Shown piece by piece: positions 1-11,800 of a stretch of 28,411 nt of DNA. A program made the position numbers and the translations under genes. Under the pieces are notes generated by a model. That model was given only the letters and a program-made list of their open reading frames with translations, searched no databases and was not told where the DNA came from. Source of the stretch: a virus (taxonomy: Duplodnaviria; Caudoviricetes); the IMG/VR virus record IMGVR_UViG_3300037634_004211, positions 1 to 28,411 of that record; one strand, given 5' to 3'. The first letter of the stretch is position 1. The number at the start of each line of letters is the position of its first letter.

Positions 1-2
1 TC

Positions 3-2024
3 TCTCCCACTAACAGCGAGAGGATGCCGGCCTGGGGTACCAACTTAGTCGTTAACGGCATGGGCCAAGATACCATAATGGCGGCGCCGGTAAACTACCC
101 CGGCGGCGACGAGTATACATACGCGGCCAGCGGCAACAACCTCCCCCTTAATGGCATCTACCTCTACGAAGGTGTCTGGTGGGACGCCGCTGCGCGCGCC
201 GAAGCCCTCGCCGACGAGGAGTCGGGTGATGGAGTTGGGGCCCTCGCGGTTATGCGTCATGCTCCCGGTAATTTTCTTTTTAATATAAAACTCTTTGACG
301 GCCTCCCTATCTGGGGCCCTCAGCGATACGTCGTCCATGCTGAGTCAATCTTCGCCCGGGAGCTCTCCCAGGATGACCACGAACTGTTCCTAGAGTCTAA
401 AAATTTTAAAATCATTCTGAAGCGCCCGGACCTCGGCATGTTCGGCGCCCCCGAGAAGCACCATACTTTTCTGATGATAAGGAAGAAGGGTCGCGAAGGG
501 GTCGACGGGAACCACCAGGGCGGCGATTATTCTTCGATTGATTTTTATAAGGGAAGCGGCGACATCCAAAGGGACAAAGCGTACTGGGAAAGTATGGAAA
601 GAATTTTTCAAACGTATGAAACCGAAGAAGAGCTCGTCTATGCCCTTCAAAATATTAATACAGCAGTTTTGGACCAAGAAGGCGCCTACCAAACCGCCGA
701 ACAGACGGCCGCGCAACAGCGACAGCAAGCAACCGCGGGCGATGGAACACTCGAAGCATTAACGAAGCTCGTATTTCCCACCGTTTCTCTTGTTGAGCGT
801 CTGACCTACCTTACGCCGCTTGAGAGTGTAAGTTATTATGAGGATGGTTCCAACCCGCTCCCGGTGTTCCTGTGCTCGCACGACTCGAACCCAGATCAAC
901 AGGTTGGGGGTGCCTGCAGTGACGAAGGCGCTGAGCAAATCTCTGTCGCCCCCACGAACACTGGTCGAACGAAACTTACTGAAGCACATAAATCTTTCTT
1001 TGTAGTTAAAAGTGCCAGCGCAGAATCCGGCCCTCCTGGCGCCATCGCCCATATTGCGACAGATAAAAGAGGTACCGTTGAAATAACAGATGATCTATTC
1101 GAATCAGAAGAATTTACAAATTTTTTGTTACTTAACGGCACAACCCAAGGTTTTTCGAGGTTTATTCAAAAGTTTTATACAGATAATGAAACAAACTTAG
1201 CCCGGGCCATAGCAGCTAGCTCCCAAGACCTATTCGGGCCCAGCCAGCTGATAGATGTTAGTAAGGTTTTACAATACTTATATATCACGGGTGAAATAAA
1301 AACTTACTATAGTTTGTTTGCAGATGAAGATATATTTACAGATACCAAACAGGTTTTACTCTTAGCTATCCAAGCTGCCTTTGCCGGTAGCGATACAACG
1401 GCCACGAGTAATTGTGATGTTGATGCTCTAAACAGTTCGTTATTAAATGGAGCTTCTAACGCCCTGAGTCCGATTGCTGATATAGGACAGTCTTTTTTAA
1501 ATAAAGCTTTGAAAGAATCACCAAAATACATTCTCAAAGGCTTAGTAGAACTGTGCGAGCCTCATGTAATTGTAAGCTCCCAGATTAAAAAGATATCAAA
1601 ACAGGTATTTCAAGGGATGGAACAAGCACAAAATATGGCCCAGATGGCCGCGGATATAGCAAACGGGGTTGGTGCACTCGATGCATCGGCAGGCCTAGGC
1701 CTTCGGCCTTCTGCATGCGACGACGAACTTGGTATAAATCAAACAGCTGATTCGCCGGCGCTTGATGTCCCACATATCGATGTTCCCACACTTGACCAAA
1801 CGTTTGAGTATATCCGACAAAATATTGATCGATTGTTCCCGGAGGATTTCCCGGATAGCATGAAGCCACAAATCAGTAAGGAGGGACTTGATTTAGAGGG
1901 CAGTATCCCCTATACTTTTGTACTGCCTCCCATAACTCCATTTGGAATCATTTATTTGTTAATGCGGTTGGGAGAGCTTGGCCAGAGTCAAGTTGTCGTC
2001 GAACCGGATTGCTCAGAAGATTAA
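3..2024 (+). CDS. Hypothetical phage protein, probably 5'-truncated and probably virion-associated
   Basis: The ORF track gives 24..2024 (666 aa), but the frame is open upstream to the window edge (tct ccc act aac agc gag agg ATG), so the true start may lie outside the window. It sits directly upstream of the gp25-like gene and has a hydrophobic, Pro-rich C-terminal segment (PYTFVLPPITPFGIIYLLMRL). No family recognised. Confidence 0.7.
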   Translation, partial: SPTNSERMPAWGTNLVVNGMGQDTIMAAPVNYPGGDEYTYAASGNNLPLNGIYLYEGVWWDAAARAEALADEESGDGVGALAVMRHAPGNFLFNIKLFDGLPIWGPQRYVVHAESIFARELSQDDHELFLESKNFKIILKRPDLGMFGAPEKHHTFLMIRKKGREGVDGNHQGGDYSSIDFYKGSGDIQRDKAYWESMERIFQTYETEEELVYALQNINTAVLDQEGAYQTAEQTAAQQRQQATAGDGTLEALTKLVFPTVSLVERLTYLTPLESVSYYEDGSNPLPVFLCSHDSNPDQQVGGACSDEGAEQISVAPTNTGRTKLTEAHKSFFVVKSASAESGPPGAIAHIATDKRGTVEITDDLFESEEFTNFLLLNGTTQGFSRFIQKFYTDNETNLARAIAASSQDLFGPSQLIDVSKVLQYLYITGEIKTYYSLFADEDIFTDTKQVLLLAIQAAFAGSDTTATSNCDVDALNSSLLNGASNALSPIADIGQSFLNKALKESPKYILKGLVELCEPHVIVSSQIKKISKQVFQGMEQAQNMAQMAADIANGVGALDASAGLGLRPSACDDELGINQTADSPALDVPHIDVPTLDQTFEYIRQNIDRLFPEDFPDSMKPQISKEGLDLEGSIPYTFVLPPITPFGIIYLLMRLGELGQSQVVVEPDCSED

Positions 2025-2042
2025 TCAAGATAATTATTTCTT

Positions 2043-2052
2043 ACTATTTATA
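2043..2052 (+). promoter_or_regulatory. Putative phage late-promoter motif ACTATTTATA
   Basis: An identical 10-mer occurs at 23929-23938. The two copies lie in the only intergenic gaps >15 nt, 21 and 20 nt before an ATG. Confidence 0.55.
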
Positions 2053-2073
2053 GAAAAGGCGTAAAAATTTACA

Positions 2074-2469
2074 ATGATTGGGTACTCACCAAAATTTCCA
2101 CTACAATTTGATAATTATGTGGGGGCATATGCGCTTACTGCTACTTTAAAAGAGGTAATTAAGCAAAATTTTATTAATTTAATGTTAACATCACCCGGGG
2201 AAAGGATAATGGATATAAATTTTGGCGTAGGACTTAGAAATTATTTATTCGAACAGAATACTTCACAACTAAAATCTAAAATAGCTGCCGATGTTCGGCA
2301 CCAGACTAGTAAATATATGCCCTTTATAAGTCTGGATACTATAAATTTTAGTAAAAGTCAGGTGACAGATGGCCATGACGATCAGATTTTAAATGTCTCA
2401 ATTCATTATTCAGTATCTTCGATGAACATACTCGATAGTATATCGATTGGAACAGGGGGCGACTCGTAG
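2074..2469 (+). CDS. Baseplate wedge protein, T4 gp25 / GPW_gp25 family
   Basis: 131 aa with the family signature IKQNFINLMLTSPGERIMDINFGVGLRNYLFE followed by KYMPFISL. Adjacent to a gp6-like gene. Confidence 0.9.
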   Translation: MIGYSPKFPLQFDNYVGAYALTATLKEVIKQNFINLMLTSPGERIMDINFGVGLRNYLFEQNTSQLKSKIAADVRHQTSKYMPFISLDTINFSKSQVTDGHDDQILNVSIHYSVSSMNILDSISIGTGGDS

Positions 2470-2479
2470 GAAACATATT

Positions 2480-4297
2480 ATGGCGAATGATAGATCAAAT
2501 AATAGCAAAAAAAGTATAAAAGTAATAAACTATTCGGGCCGTGACTTTGGTTCTATTCGCAATAATTTATTGGATTATGTAAAACGGTACTATCCCGATT
2601 CTTACCAAGATTTTAATTCGGCTGGGTTTGGGTCTCTTGTATTGGATACCGTATCTTATGTGGGTGATGTCCTCTCGTTTTATATGGATTATCAACTAAA
2701 CGAGACATTTTTAGCGACGGCCACAGAATATGATAATGTTGTTAAGCTCGCGCGCCAGATGGGGTATAAATACGCAACTTCGTTTTCTTCTGTAGGGCAA
2801 GTAGAGTTTTTTGTGTCGGTGCCAGCCTCCACGGCCGGCGCGCCAAATGAAGATTATATACCATTATTACAAGCTAATTCTCGAATCACTTCATTAGGGG
2901 GCCAAAATTTTACTCTCGTAGATGATGTTAATTTTGCCGACCCGAATAATCAAATTATTGTAAGCAAGATAAACACCACAACAGGCGCGCCCACTGAATT
3001 CGCTATAAAAGCGGCGGGCACTGTTATATCAGGCCGCCTCGGCCGGCAAACCGAAACAATATCCGATTTTGTAAAGTTTAGAAAAATAGATCTGGATGAT
3101 CCGGATCTGGTAGAGATATTGAATGTATATGATTCCGAGGGCCATCGATATTACCAAGTAGATCATTTGGCCCAGGAAATTGTTTTTAAAGCAATTAGAA
3201 ACAATAATGCAGACAAAAACCTTGTGCCGTCCATTTTGAAGGCCATCCCGGTCACAAGAAGGTTTACGCTGGAAAGAAAACCAGGCGAAGCGTATTTACA
3301 ATTTGGGTATGGATCCGAAGCAGAACTTACAAATGAATCTGTAATAGATCCTAGTAAAATTCTTCTCAAGTTGCATGGTAGAGATTATACAACTCAACAA
3401 GAGTTTGACCCAACTAACCTTACCGAAACCGATAAATTTGGTGTCGGACCATCAAACACAACCTTGACAATTGTATATAGGGTCAATGATGCGAGCGACG
3501 TTAATGCAGCCAGAGGGACGTTGACACAAGTGTCTGCACCATTGTTAAAGTTTAATTCTTTACAAAATCTCGATTCGACGATCGTTCAAGGAGTTAGAGA
3601 TTCCATAGAGTCTACGAACGAAAATCCAATTGTCGGGGATATTTCGATCCCTAATGCAGATGAACTGAAACAAAGAGTATATTCGCACTATGCCACACAG
3701 AATCGTGCCGTTACAATAGAAGATTACAAAGCAATTACTTATGCAATGCCTCCAAGCTTCGGCGCGATTACAAGATGTTCCTTTGAAAGAGATTTTGATT
3801 CTTTTAAGAGAAATCTAAACATGTATGTTATATCGAAGAACAAGGATGGCTTTCTTGCTGCAACCAATCAAACTCTTAAAAAAAATATAAAGACATGGCT
3901 ATCAACATATAAAATGATTAATGACACTATCGACATTCGAGACGCTAATGTGGTTAATTTTGGTATTAATTTTTCTGTAGTGGCAGATTATGAAGAAAAT
4001 AAGTATAATGTGGTAAATCTGGCCACCCAGAGACTGAGAAATTATTTTATAAATCAACAATATGACATTGCTGAAGCCATCTATGTGGTAGACATTTATA
4101 AAGAGCTACAAAGAGTTCCGGGTGTTGTCGATGTAGTAGACGTACGAATTTTGCACAGACAAGGGGGCGTCTATTCTGAGACGTCTTTCGATTTTAATTC
4201 TAGTTTATCCGTCGACGGCCGATATCTTAACGGGAAGATAGATATGATATTTGAATTAAAGTATCCAAATAGCGATATTGAAGGAACCGTTACCTAA
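2480..4297 (+). CDS. Baseplate wedge subunit, T4 gp6-like (baseplate J-related)
   Basis: N-terminal INYSGRDFGSIRNNLLDYVKRYYPDSYQDF...LDTVSYVGDVLSFYMDYQLNETFLATA and C-terminal ATQNRAVTIEDYKAI are gp6/baseplate-J hallmarks. Start moved from 2447 to ATG 2480, which follows AGGA at 2468-2471 and removes the overlap with gp25. Confidence 0.88.
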   Translation: MANDRSNNSKKSIKVINYSGRDFGSIRNNLLDYVKRYYPDSYQDFNSAGFGSLVLDTVSYVGDVLSFYMDYQLNETFLATATEYDNVVKLARQMGYKYATSFSSVGQVEFFVSVPASTAGAPNEDYIPLLQANSRITSLGGQNFTLVDDVNFADPNNQIIVSKINTTTGAPTEFAIKAAGTVISGRLGRQTETISDFVKFRKIDLDDPDLVEILNVYDSEGHRYYQVDHLAQEIVFKAIRNNNADKNLVPSILKAIPVTRRFTLERKPGEAYLQFGYGSEAELTNESVIDPSKILLKLHGRDYTTQQEFDPTNLTETDKFGVGPSNTTLTIVYRVNDASDVNAARGTLTQVSAPLLKFNSLQNLDSTIVQGVRDSIESTNENPIVGDISIPNADELKQRVYSHYATQNRAVTIEDYKAITYAMPPSFGAITRCSFERDFDSFKRNLNMYVISKNKDGFLAATNQTLKKNIKTWLSTYKMINDTIDIRDANVVNFGINFSVVADYEENKYNVVNLATQRLRNYFINQQYDIAEAIYVVDIYKELQRVPGVVDVVDVRILHRQGGVYSETSFDFNSSLSVDGRYLNGKIDMIFELKYPNSDIEGTVT

Positions 4298-5814
4298 TGG
4301 CCATCCTGAGATATACAGCGAGTATTGATAACACAATAACAAATGCATTTCAGTCCGATTTGACTACCCGCGGCACAGGCTCAAATATGGGCTATGCTGA
4401 CTCTTTAGAGGTATTTTCAATTTATGGCCAGACCTCCGGGTCAACGCTCGGCCGCTCCCAAGAAGTGTCCCGAATCCTTATGCAGTTTCCTATAACTAGC
4501 ATCAGTACTGATCGAACTGCTAACACTATTCCGGCCTCCGGTAGTGTGTCTTTTTACCTTCGTATGTTTAATGCAGAAACCCCCTTTACACTACCTCAGG
4601 ATTTTACACTAACTATAGCCCCCTTATCTCAATCATGGACAGAGGGCACCGGCTTAGATATGGATGAGTATAAAGACTTAGGGTCTTCTAATTGGCTCTC
4701 GGCCAGCACGACGGCTAAGTGGGATTCTGTTGGGGGGGATTATTTAACAGCTTCAAATTATAAGGCTACTTTCCCACAGGGCTATGAAGACCTTGAAATA
4801 GATATAACCAATCTAGTCGAACTATGGATCAAGGGCGCCGCTTCGGGCGGTCATGATAATTATGGTGTGGGAGTACACCTCACAGCCAGTCAAGAGGCGT
4901 ATCACTCTAACTCCTCGGGCGCAAATTCCGGAAGCCTTATCCAAAACCTTGTTGGTTCGACTGACTCTTATTATACTAAAAAGTTTTTCGCCCGGTCCAC
5001 ACAATATTTCTTTAGGCGCCCTGTTTTAGAGGCTCGGTGGGACTCTAGGGTTCAAGATGATAGGGAAAACTTCTATTATTCTAGTTCATTAGCTCCGGCT
5101 GCAGATAACTTGAATACGCTTTATCTGTATAATTATATTCGAGGGCGTCTTACAAATATCCCCGCTGTGGGGACAAGTAACATTTTAGTTTCATTGTATT
5201 CGGGATCGTCCGCTCCAACTGGTTCTAAGCTCTTGCTTTATAATGGCGCTACTAACATTACAGGTGGCCATGTTTCAACCGGTATATACTCAGCCTCAAT
5301 TGCGGTTACGGGAACATCGGCTACGACTGCTGCTCCATCTGCTATTTTTGATTTGTGGCACTCAGGCGCCGTAGAATATTTTACAGGCTCCATTTATCCT
5401 GAATTAATGCCTACCTATGAGTCCGCCCCGACCTTTGATAGAATAACGTCGTGCCGAAATTTAAAGAAATCTTATTCACGACAAGACAAATCAAGATTTA
5501 GATTTTTTGTTCGGTCGCGTGACTGGAGCCCCACTCTTTATGCGGTCGCAACCGCCAACAATCCAACGGAGGTTATAACGAGCGCGTCCTATGCAATTTA
5601 TCGAAAAACCGACAACTATGCAGCTATTCCGTATAGTACAGGTTCAGATTATGGCACTTATTTGTCATATGATCAGAAGGGGAATTATTTTGACCTAGAT
5701 ATGTCCATGTTAGAGGGAGGCTATATGTACGAGATTAAACTATCCTATTATAATGATAGTATAGGAGACTGGCAGGAGCAGCCCCAAACATTTAAATTTC
5801 GGGTTGAAGAATAA
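4297..5814 (+). CDS. Virion structural protein with an N-terminal DNRLRE-like beta-sandwich domain
   Basis: 505 aa. The pattern DNTI...N.G..DSLEV...SRILMQF...YLRMF...APLSQSWTEGTG...W...GGDY...IDITNLVELW...NYG...FFAR...RPVLEARW matches my recollection of DNRLRE domains. TAATG stop/start overlap with the gp6-like gene. Confidence 0.6.
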   Translation: MAILRYTASIDNTITNAFQSDLTTRGTGSNMGYADSLEVFSIYGQTSGSTLGRSQEVSRILMQFPITSISTDRTANTIPASGSVSFYLRMFNAETPFTLPQDFTLTIAPLSQSWTEGTGLDMDEYKDLGSSNWLSASTTAKWDSVGGDYLTASNYKATFPQGYEDLEIDITNLVELWIKGAASGGHDNYGVGVHLTASQEAYHSNSSGANSGSLIQNLVGSTDSYYTKKFFARSTQYFFRRPVLEARWDSRVQDDRENFYYSSSLAPAADNLNTLYLYNYIRGRLTNIPAVGTSNILVSLYSGSSAPTGSKLLLYNGATNITGGHVSTGIYSASIAVTGTSATTAAPSAIFDLWHSGAVEYFTGSIYPELMPTYESAPTFDRITSCRNLKKSYSRQDKSRFRFFVRSRDWSPTLYAVATANNPTEVITSASYAIYRKTDNYAAIPYSTGSDYGTYLSYDQKGNYFDLDMSMLEGGYMYEIKLSYYNDSIGDWQEQPQTFKFRVEE

Positions 5815-5821
5815 TTAAAAT

Positions 5822-8800
5822 ATGAGTCTTAAGGGATTATTTGATAGTGTCGCTGTAACAAAAGTAGTTGACAACAAAACATCGGAAGAAATCGGCAGGG
5901 TTGTCGAGTCGGCTGACTACCATGAAGCTGATATCATCGATGAGAAGAGATTTATTCCTTCTATTGATTTCTCAGATCCCAAAAATTTTGCTAAATATGG
6001 TTCAGCAGAAAAGTATTACGAGGACTCTTATACATATATTCATTCATCTTATCCATATGATGGTTCTTTGGCAGAGAAACTACAGTGGAAGAATAGTGGA
6101 TCTTACATTGATCTTTATACATTCGAAAATAAATATCCACGCACCAATGGGTACATTAATTTTTCATATGGAGGCTGGGGCTCTCCCGGCACCGCTCCTG
6201 CGTGGCCGGGTACCGCTGGATACGGCACACCCCAGACGTCTGATTTAGAATATATTAGTTTGAACGGAGGCCCGGGCCTAGGCGGAGGCATACAGAGTCA
6301 GTCCGCAAACGTTTGGAACCCTACCAATAATCGAGAATCTAATTTAGAGGCTGACCTTGCTGAAGGGGTGACAATTGAATTTTGGCTGAAAAAGGACGCC
6401 TTTACCACAACCAATACTGAAAAAGAAGTGGTCCTTGATTTGTGGAACAACGAACTCAGCAGTTCGGATAGCTACGGGCGCCTGCGTCTAGAGGTAACAG
6501 GCGCCGCAGGGATAGATTCCAACTGGCTCCTGACCATAATGTCGGGGACGAACGGGGTGCAATGGCAAACGCTGGGCAACACAGGCCTATCATCTTTGAC
6601 GGATGGCAACTGGCATCATTATGCCTTTAGTTTATTATCTGCTTCGGCCGGAATAACTGCCAAATCGTATACAGATGGAGTCCCTCAAAAAGAAGAAACT
6701 TTGGGATCCACAGGGATTAATAAAATAAGGGGCCCGATGCAGGCTCAGCTCGGTGCCTTAATGACATCAGTCTCGGGGAATATTTATCACGGCCTCCATA
6801 TGACGGGATCCGGAAAACTATCAGCATCGCTTGATGAGTTTAGGTATTGGAAGACACAGAGGAGTTCAGAAAAAGTAGGAAGGTATTGGTTTACTCAGGT
6901 GGGCGGTGGCACCAATACCGATTTAGCTAATACTGATTTGGGAGTCTATTATAAGTTTAATGAAGGCATCACTCAAACTGCCTCTGTAGATTCAGTTATT
7001 TTAGATTATTCCGGCCGCGTTACGAATGGAACTTGGACTGGTTATACGGCCGGCGCCCGTAATACTGGCTCTGCTATAGTGTCGGCTAGCGCAGCAGCCA
7101 CAGAATTTTTGGACCCCATTGTATACCCTACACATCCGGATGTGATTTCTACTTTAGCGAGTCTAAAAGCCTCGGGCTCAGTTCATGATATCGAAAATCC
7201 TTCGGAGTTATTTGGATTTTTTCCCTCCTGGATGCAGGATCAAGACCCAGCACACGGAGATGAGCTAAAAAAACTAACTCAAATAATATCAAGCTATTTA
7301 GATACCCTATACCTTCAGATAGAAAGCTTTGGAAACATTCATGATATAACTTATTTGAGTGGTTCGGCTACTAAGGCAAACACACTAACAGAACAACTGC
7401 TGTCTTCAAAGGGCCTGCTAGCACCTGAATTATTCCTCGACGCCGATATCTTTGAAAAGCTAGGTGACAGAAGTGAAGAAAGGGAGTATAGAGATTCACT
7501 TACTAATATAAAAAATAAGATTTATCAAAATATCTACAATAATCTTATAAATATCTATAAAACTAAGGGCACTCGACAATCTTTTCGTAATGTATTAAGA
7601 TGTTTCGGCGTCGATGAAAAGCTCTATAAACTAAATGTTTATGGAGACAATGTACAGTTTAAGATAAGAAACAACAGGGAACTTTACTCCGCCAATAAGC
7701 GCTATATAAATTTCAGTGTTAATACAAATTTTGAGTCTACCGTATATTTGTTTTCTAATGATGCAAATTCTGTTTCTTATCTTTCTTCTTCAAGTGAACT
7801 AACATCGGGTTATGCCTCTACACTGGAAACATACGTCTTCTTTCCAAAAAAGCCAGAGGCTTATGAAAAAGCATATAGTGATTATCAATATAACTATTTA
7901 ACATCATCCTTGTTTGGTCAGCACACTGTTAGAAAAACTAACCCAAATTCCCTTACATGGGATACTCCGGATAGTACTAATTTTCAAGTTTATGCGGTAA
8001 GAGATAGCATTGGCTCAAAAGACGCGAAGTTTGTCCTTACTAGTAGTGCCGGCGGGGTTATAACCTCCCCTCTGTCAACATCATTTTATGACGATGTATA
8101 CCTTAATACTAACTGGATATTTGGTGTTACCATTAAGCCAGCCCAATATCCGCTAGTTAACCACATTTACGGGACTAAGACTTCCGATTATATTATTGAA
8201 TTTAAAGGGACACAGGTGGCCGCTGGTGAGGTTTTAGATTCGTTTATAGTTACTGGGTCCATTGATGCTTCGCAAGCCGGCTACGGCTTTATAACAGGGT
8301 CTAAGAGGCCTTATATCGGTGCTCATCGCCAGGACTATCAAGGCACTCTCCTTAATAGATCTGATGTACGCGTGGGCTTTTGTAGATATTGGCTTGACGA
8401 CATTACACTTGACTTATTAGAAGTCCATGGTCGCGACATACAAAACTACGGGACGAAAGAACCAACCCGGCCCCCGTATTTGTTCCAAAACAACCAAACG
8501 ATAAATTCTGAGTTTTTAGAAATAGATACTTTGGCTCTTAACTGGGATTTTGAGACGGTAACTGGATCGGACGCGTCCGGAGAATTTACTGTTCCTGATT
8601 TCTCCTCTGGGTCGACTCTGGCCCAAGCCACCCAGTATGGAGCGTTGGGAAATCTACTTGCCGCACAACATACAGGGTATGGATATGGGTTCCCAGTAAG
8701 CTCAACTGCGTCTATTGATGCCGATTACGTTTTGACCTCAGAGTTGCTAGATTTTGAAAGGCTTAATTCTAGCGATATGATTTCGATATTGAGTACTCAA

Positions 8801-11800
8801 GATGATATAGAATTTACAAGAGAATCACGACCGATTAATTTCCTTTATGCAATTGAAAAAAGCATGTATCAGTCTATTTCTGAAAATATGATTCGTATGT
8901 TTGGCGTTATTACTGATTTTAATAATATTATTGGGAACCCGGCTAATAAATACCGCGATACATATAAAGGTCTTCGAATCTTGCGAGAGAGGTTCTTTGA
9001 ACGCGTAGGCAACACCCCCGATTTAGACAAATATATTGAATTTTATAAATGGTTTGATTCATCCCTCAGTAGAATTTTAGAACAACTAATCCCTGCCGGC
9101 GCCGAGTTTTCTAAAGAAATCAGAAATATAATCGAAAGTCATATGCTGGAGCGCAGCAAGTACCAACATAAATTTCCAACCATGGAATTAAAAGATCCTA
9201 TTCTTGTCGGAACAGTTTTGTCACCACTTCCTTTAAGTCCAGGCTGGCAGTATACTCATCATCCAATAAATGATAAAGAAAATACAAACGCAAATTATTG
9301 GAAATCTTTGGCCTCTCGGGACAAGGGCAAGTTAGCAACAAGTGATACTGCGGTTAATAGCAATAAACAAATTTATTTTGATAACTCTACCAAAGAAAGG
9401 CGTACGCGCAAAGAAAAAAATGTGTATCGATTTTTAGGAAATCGGAAAAAACATATTCGCGCCGGCATTACTACACACGATAATAAAATAGAAAACTTTG
9501 TTTTTGATGCCACGGCTCCCTACGGTCCCGTGGTACCAGGCACCAATATCCCCCAGAATATTATGCTCAGCTTTAATGCTGATGTAGAGAAACTCCAGAA
9601 TATAGCCGATGATCTCGCACCAGGAAAGAAAAAAAGACTCGGCTTTGGAATTGATCCAACGATTAATATCACCCCGGGTAAGCTTAAGCAAGATGGAAAC
9701 GTATTAGCGCCATTTAGTCTTTATAGTTCGTCCGTTACAAATGGATACAACTCAGAAGTTGTTAACTTTTATACAGCCAGCATATTGTTAACCAATTTGC
9801 ACGAAGATATTGTGCACACCAACGAAACACGACCACTTCAGGGCCCCTTTACGGAGAAATTTGTGGGAGGACGTCAGTATCGCCATACCGAATTGAATAG
9901 TGGTTCTCTCGACACTCGCGATGATCGTGCCGAAGGGTTTAGAGTTGAATTAGGGTTGCTCCCAGTTTCTCCTGGCGCTCTCGGTATCGTGCCCCCTAAC
10001 TATCCCTTTGGAAACTCTCCATCCGGCTCGGCCCCCTTGGGATTTCTTGCGCATCTCCCCACAGCCCAAAGGCTAAGAGACGAAGGCGCAAAACGATCAG
10101 TTAACATTAAAAATATTTTGATGACGACTGCTTCCGTAGGTGTCCGGCTTTCTGGCACACTGATTCATAATAAGATTGGAAATTATAGTAAAAATTATCA
10201 AGTTGTTCAATCATCCGGCCGAACCCTCAACGATCCATTCTTCCAAGACCAGTCGTTTGATTTTGCATTGAATCCCGAGACAGCCTTTGGTAGAACTCGA
10301 CACCCTATGGAGCTACAGAGGGTAACAAACACGAAATCTGTGTACTTTGACGGTATTAATGATTATTTATCTTCGTCAGTGGGCGCAGCAGCTTGGAATG
10401 ATATAATAGGCGGCGCCGGCAGCTTAGCAAAAGCTTTTACTTTTTCAGCTTGGGTTCGTCCAGTTTCAATGACGGATAACTACCCTCGAATCATCGACTT
10501 CGGCGGGGGGACCAGCCCAGATCGGGTCCTGGCCATTTACGGAAGCGCTTATCCCGCAACTGCACAGATTTATCTCTACAGCGGCCAGGCCATGAGATCT
10601 TCGGCGGCCTCTATAGTCGCCGATAACTGGGTACATATTGTTGGCACCTATGCGGGAGGCTCTTCTGGCGATATCAACATATATATCAATGGTGTAAAAG
10701 ACAACGCCACCCATACAGACCTCCCCGATACGACCGACATCGGCTCACATCTTTCGATTGGTGCTGATGCAGATGGTACTGGCGATGAATTTAATGGCTA
10801 TGTTAATGATGCCGCTATCTGGTCCAGGGAGCTTACTGAATCAGAGGTTACAATATTATATAATAACGGCCATCAGCCAGACTTGCAGGCCTGCGAGCTC
10901 GCTCGTGGGCTTGTTTCCTGGTATCGAATGGGCGACGGCGACGACGACACTAATACAACAATTTACGATCAAATGGGGTTTGCGAATTTAACAGCTGTGA
11001 ACGGACCCACAATTCAGTCCAGTGCTCCGAGCCCCATCGTTGAGAGTTCTCTAAACTACGCTCTTCCCGATCGCACAGGCGCCAACTCTAACAAGACCGT
11101 AATCGTTAATCGCTTTAGCGCTCCGGGAGGCTATAAGACCCTATCGCGTGGCTACCTAGATCCAGCGCACGAAGAGAAGTCTGTTTACAACGTGCTTCCT
11201 TATCGTAATCTATCTGTTTTGAATTTTGGAACAATTGTGTCTTCCTCTAATGATAATTCTGTTGCTTTTACAATGCATGTCGAGGACCAGTCGGTAGAGG
11301 GGGTCGACCGCGGCCTAAGGCAGCGCTTGGTTCCACACAATCGGCCATTTGGTTATGACGGGGCATATACAGCGTACCCGGCATATTATAAAGTTAATAG
11401 GAATCGCAGGCGCCAGATGAAGGAGGGTAACTCTTTTGTTACTGCTTCGGTATATGACAACTGGTATGTACACCATCCCATCCCGCGATCTGAACAGCAA
11501 TATTCTTGGATTGCGGCTTCTATAGCATCGGGGAGTTCGATTTTTGGATACTCAACGCTGAGTGGGGGTGTATTTGTTGAAAGTTTGCCGTTGATTAGCG
11601 CTAGCGATCTAGGAACATTTAATAATCCATTCGTCTCGGGTGGACCCTTTTATGCTGTGTCCAAGAAAGATAGATCCCACTCCTCGAACTACGCTTGGAA
11701 ATCAATAGACTTCGCGGGACTTTCCACGGTGATTGTGGATCCTGTAACCTCTTCGCTCAATACTCTTGGGTACCCCACTTTAACTCTTGACATTAACGGC

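Noticed and set aside
2447-2479. Upstream start for the gp6-like gene given by the ORF track
   Set aside because: Non-ATG start overlapping gp25. ATG 2480 has an AGGA element upstream and directly precedes the conserved region.
5811-5817. ATAATTA before the giant gene (also at 2030-2036) as a variant late promoter
   Set aside because: Short, AT-only, partly formed by a stop codon, and spacing to ATG is inconsistent with the ACTATTTATA sites.
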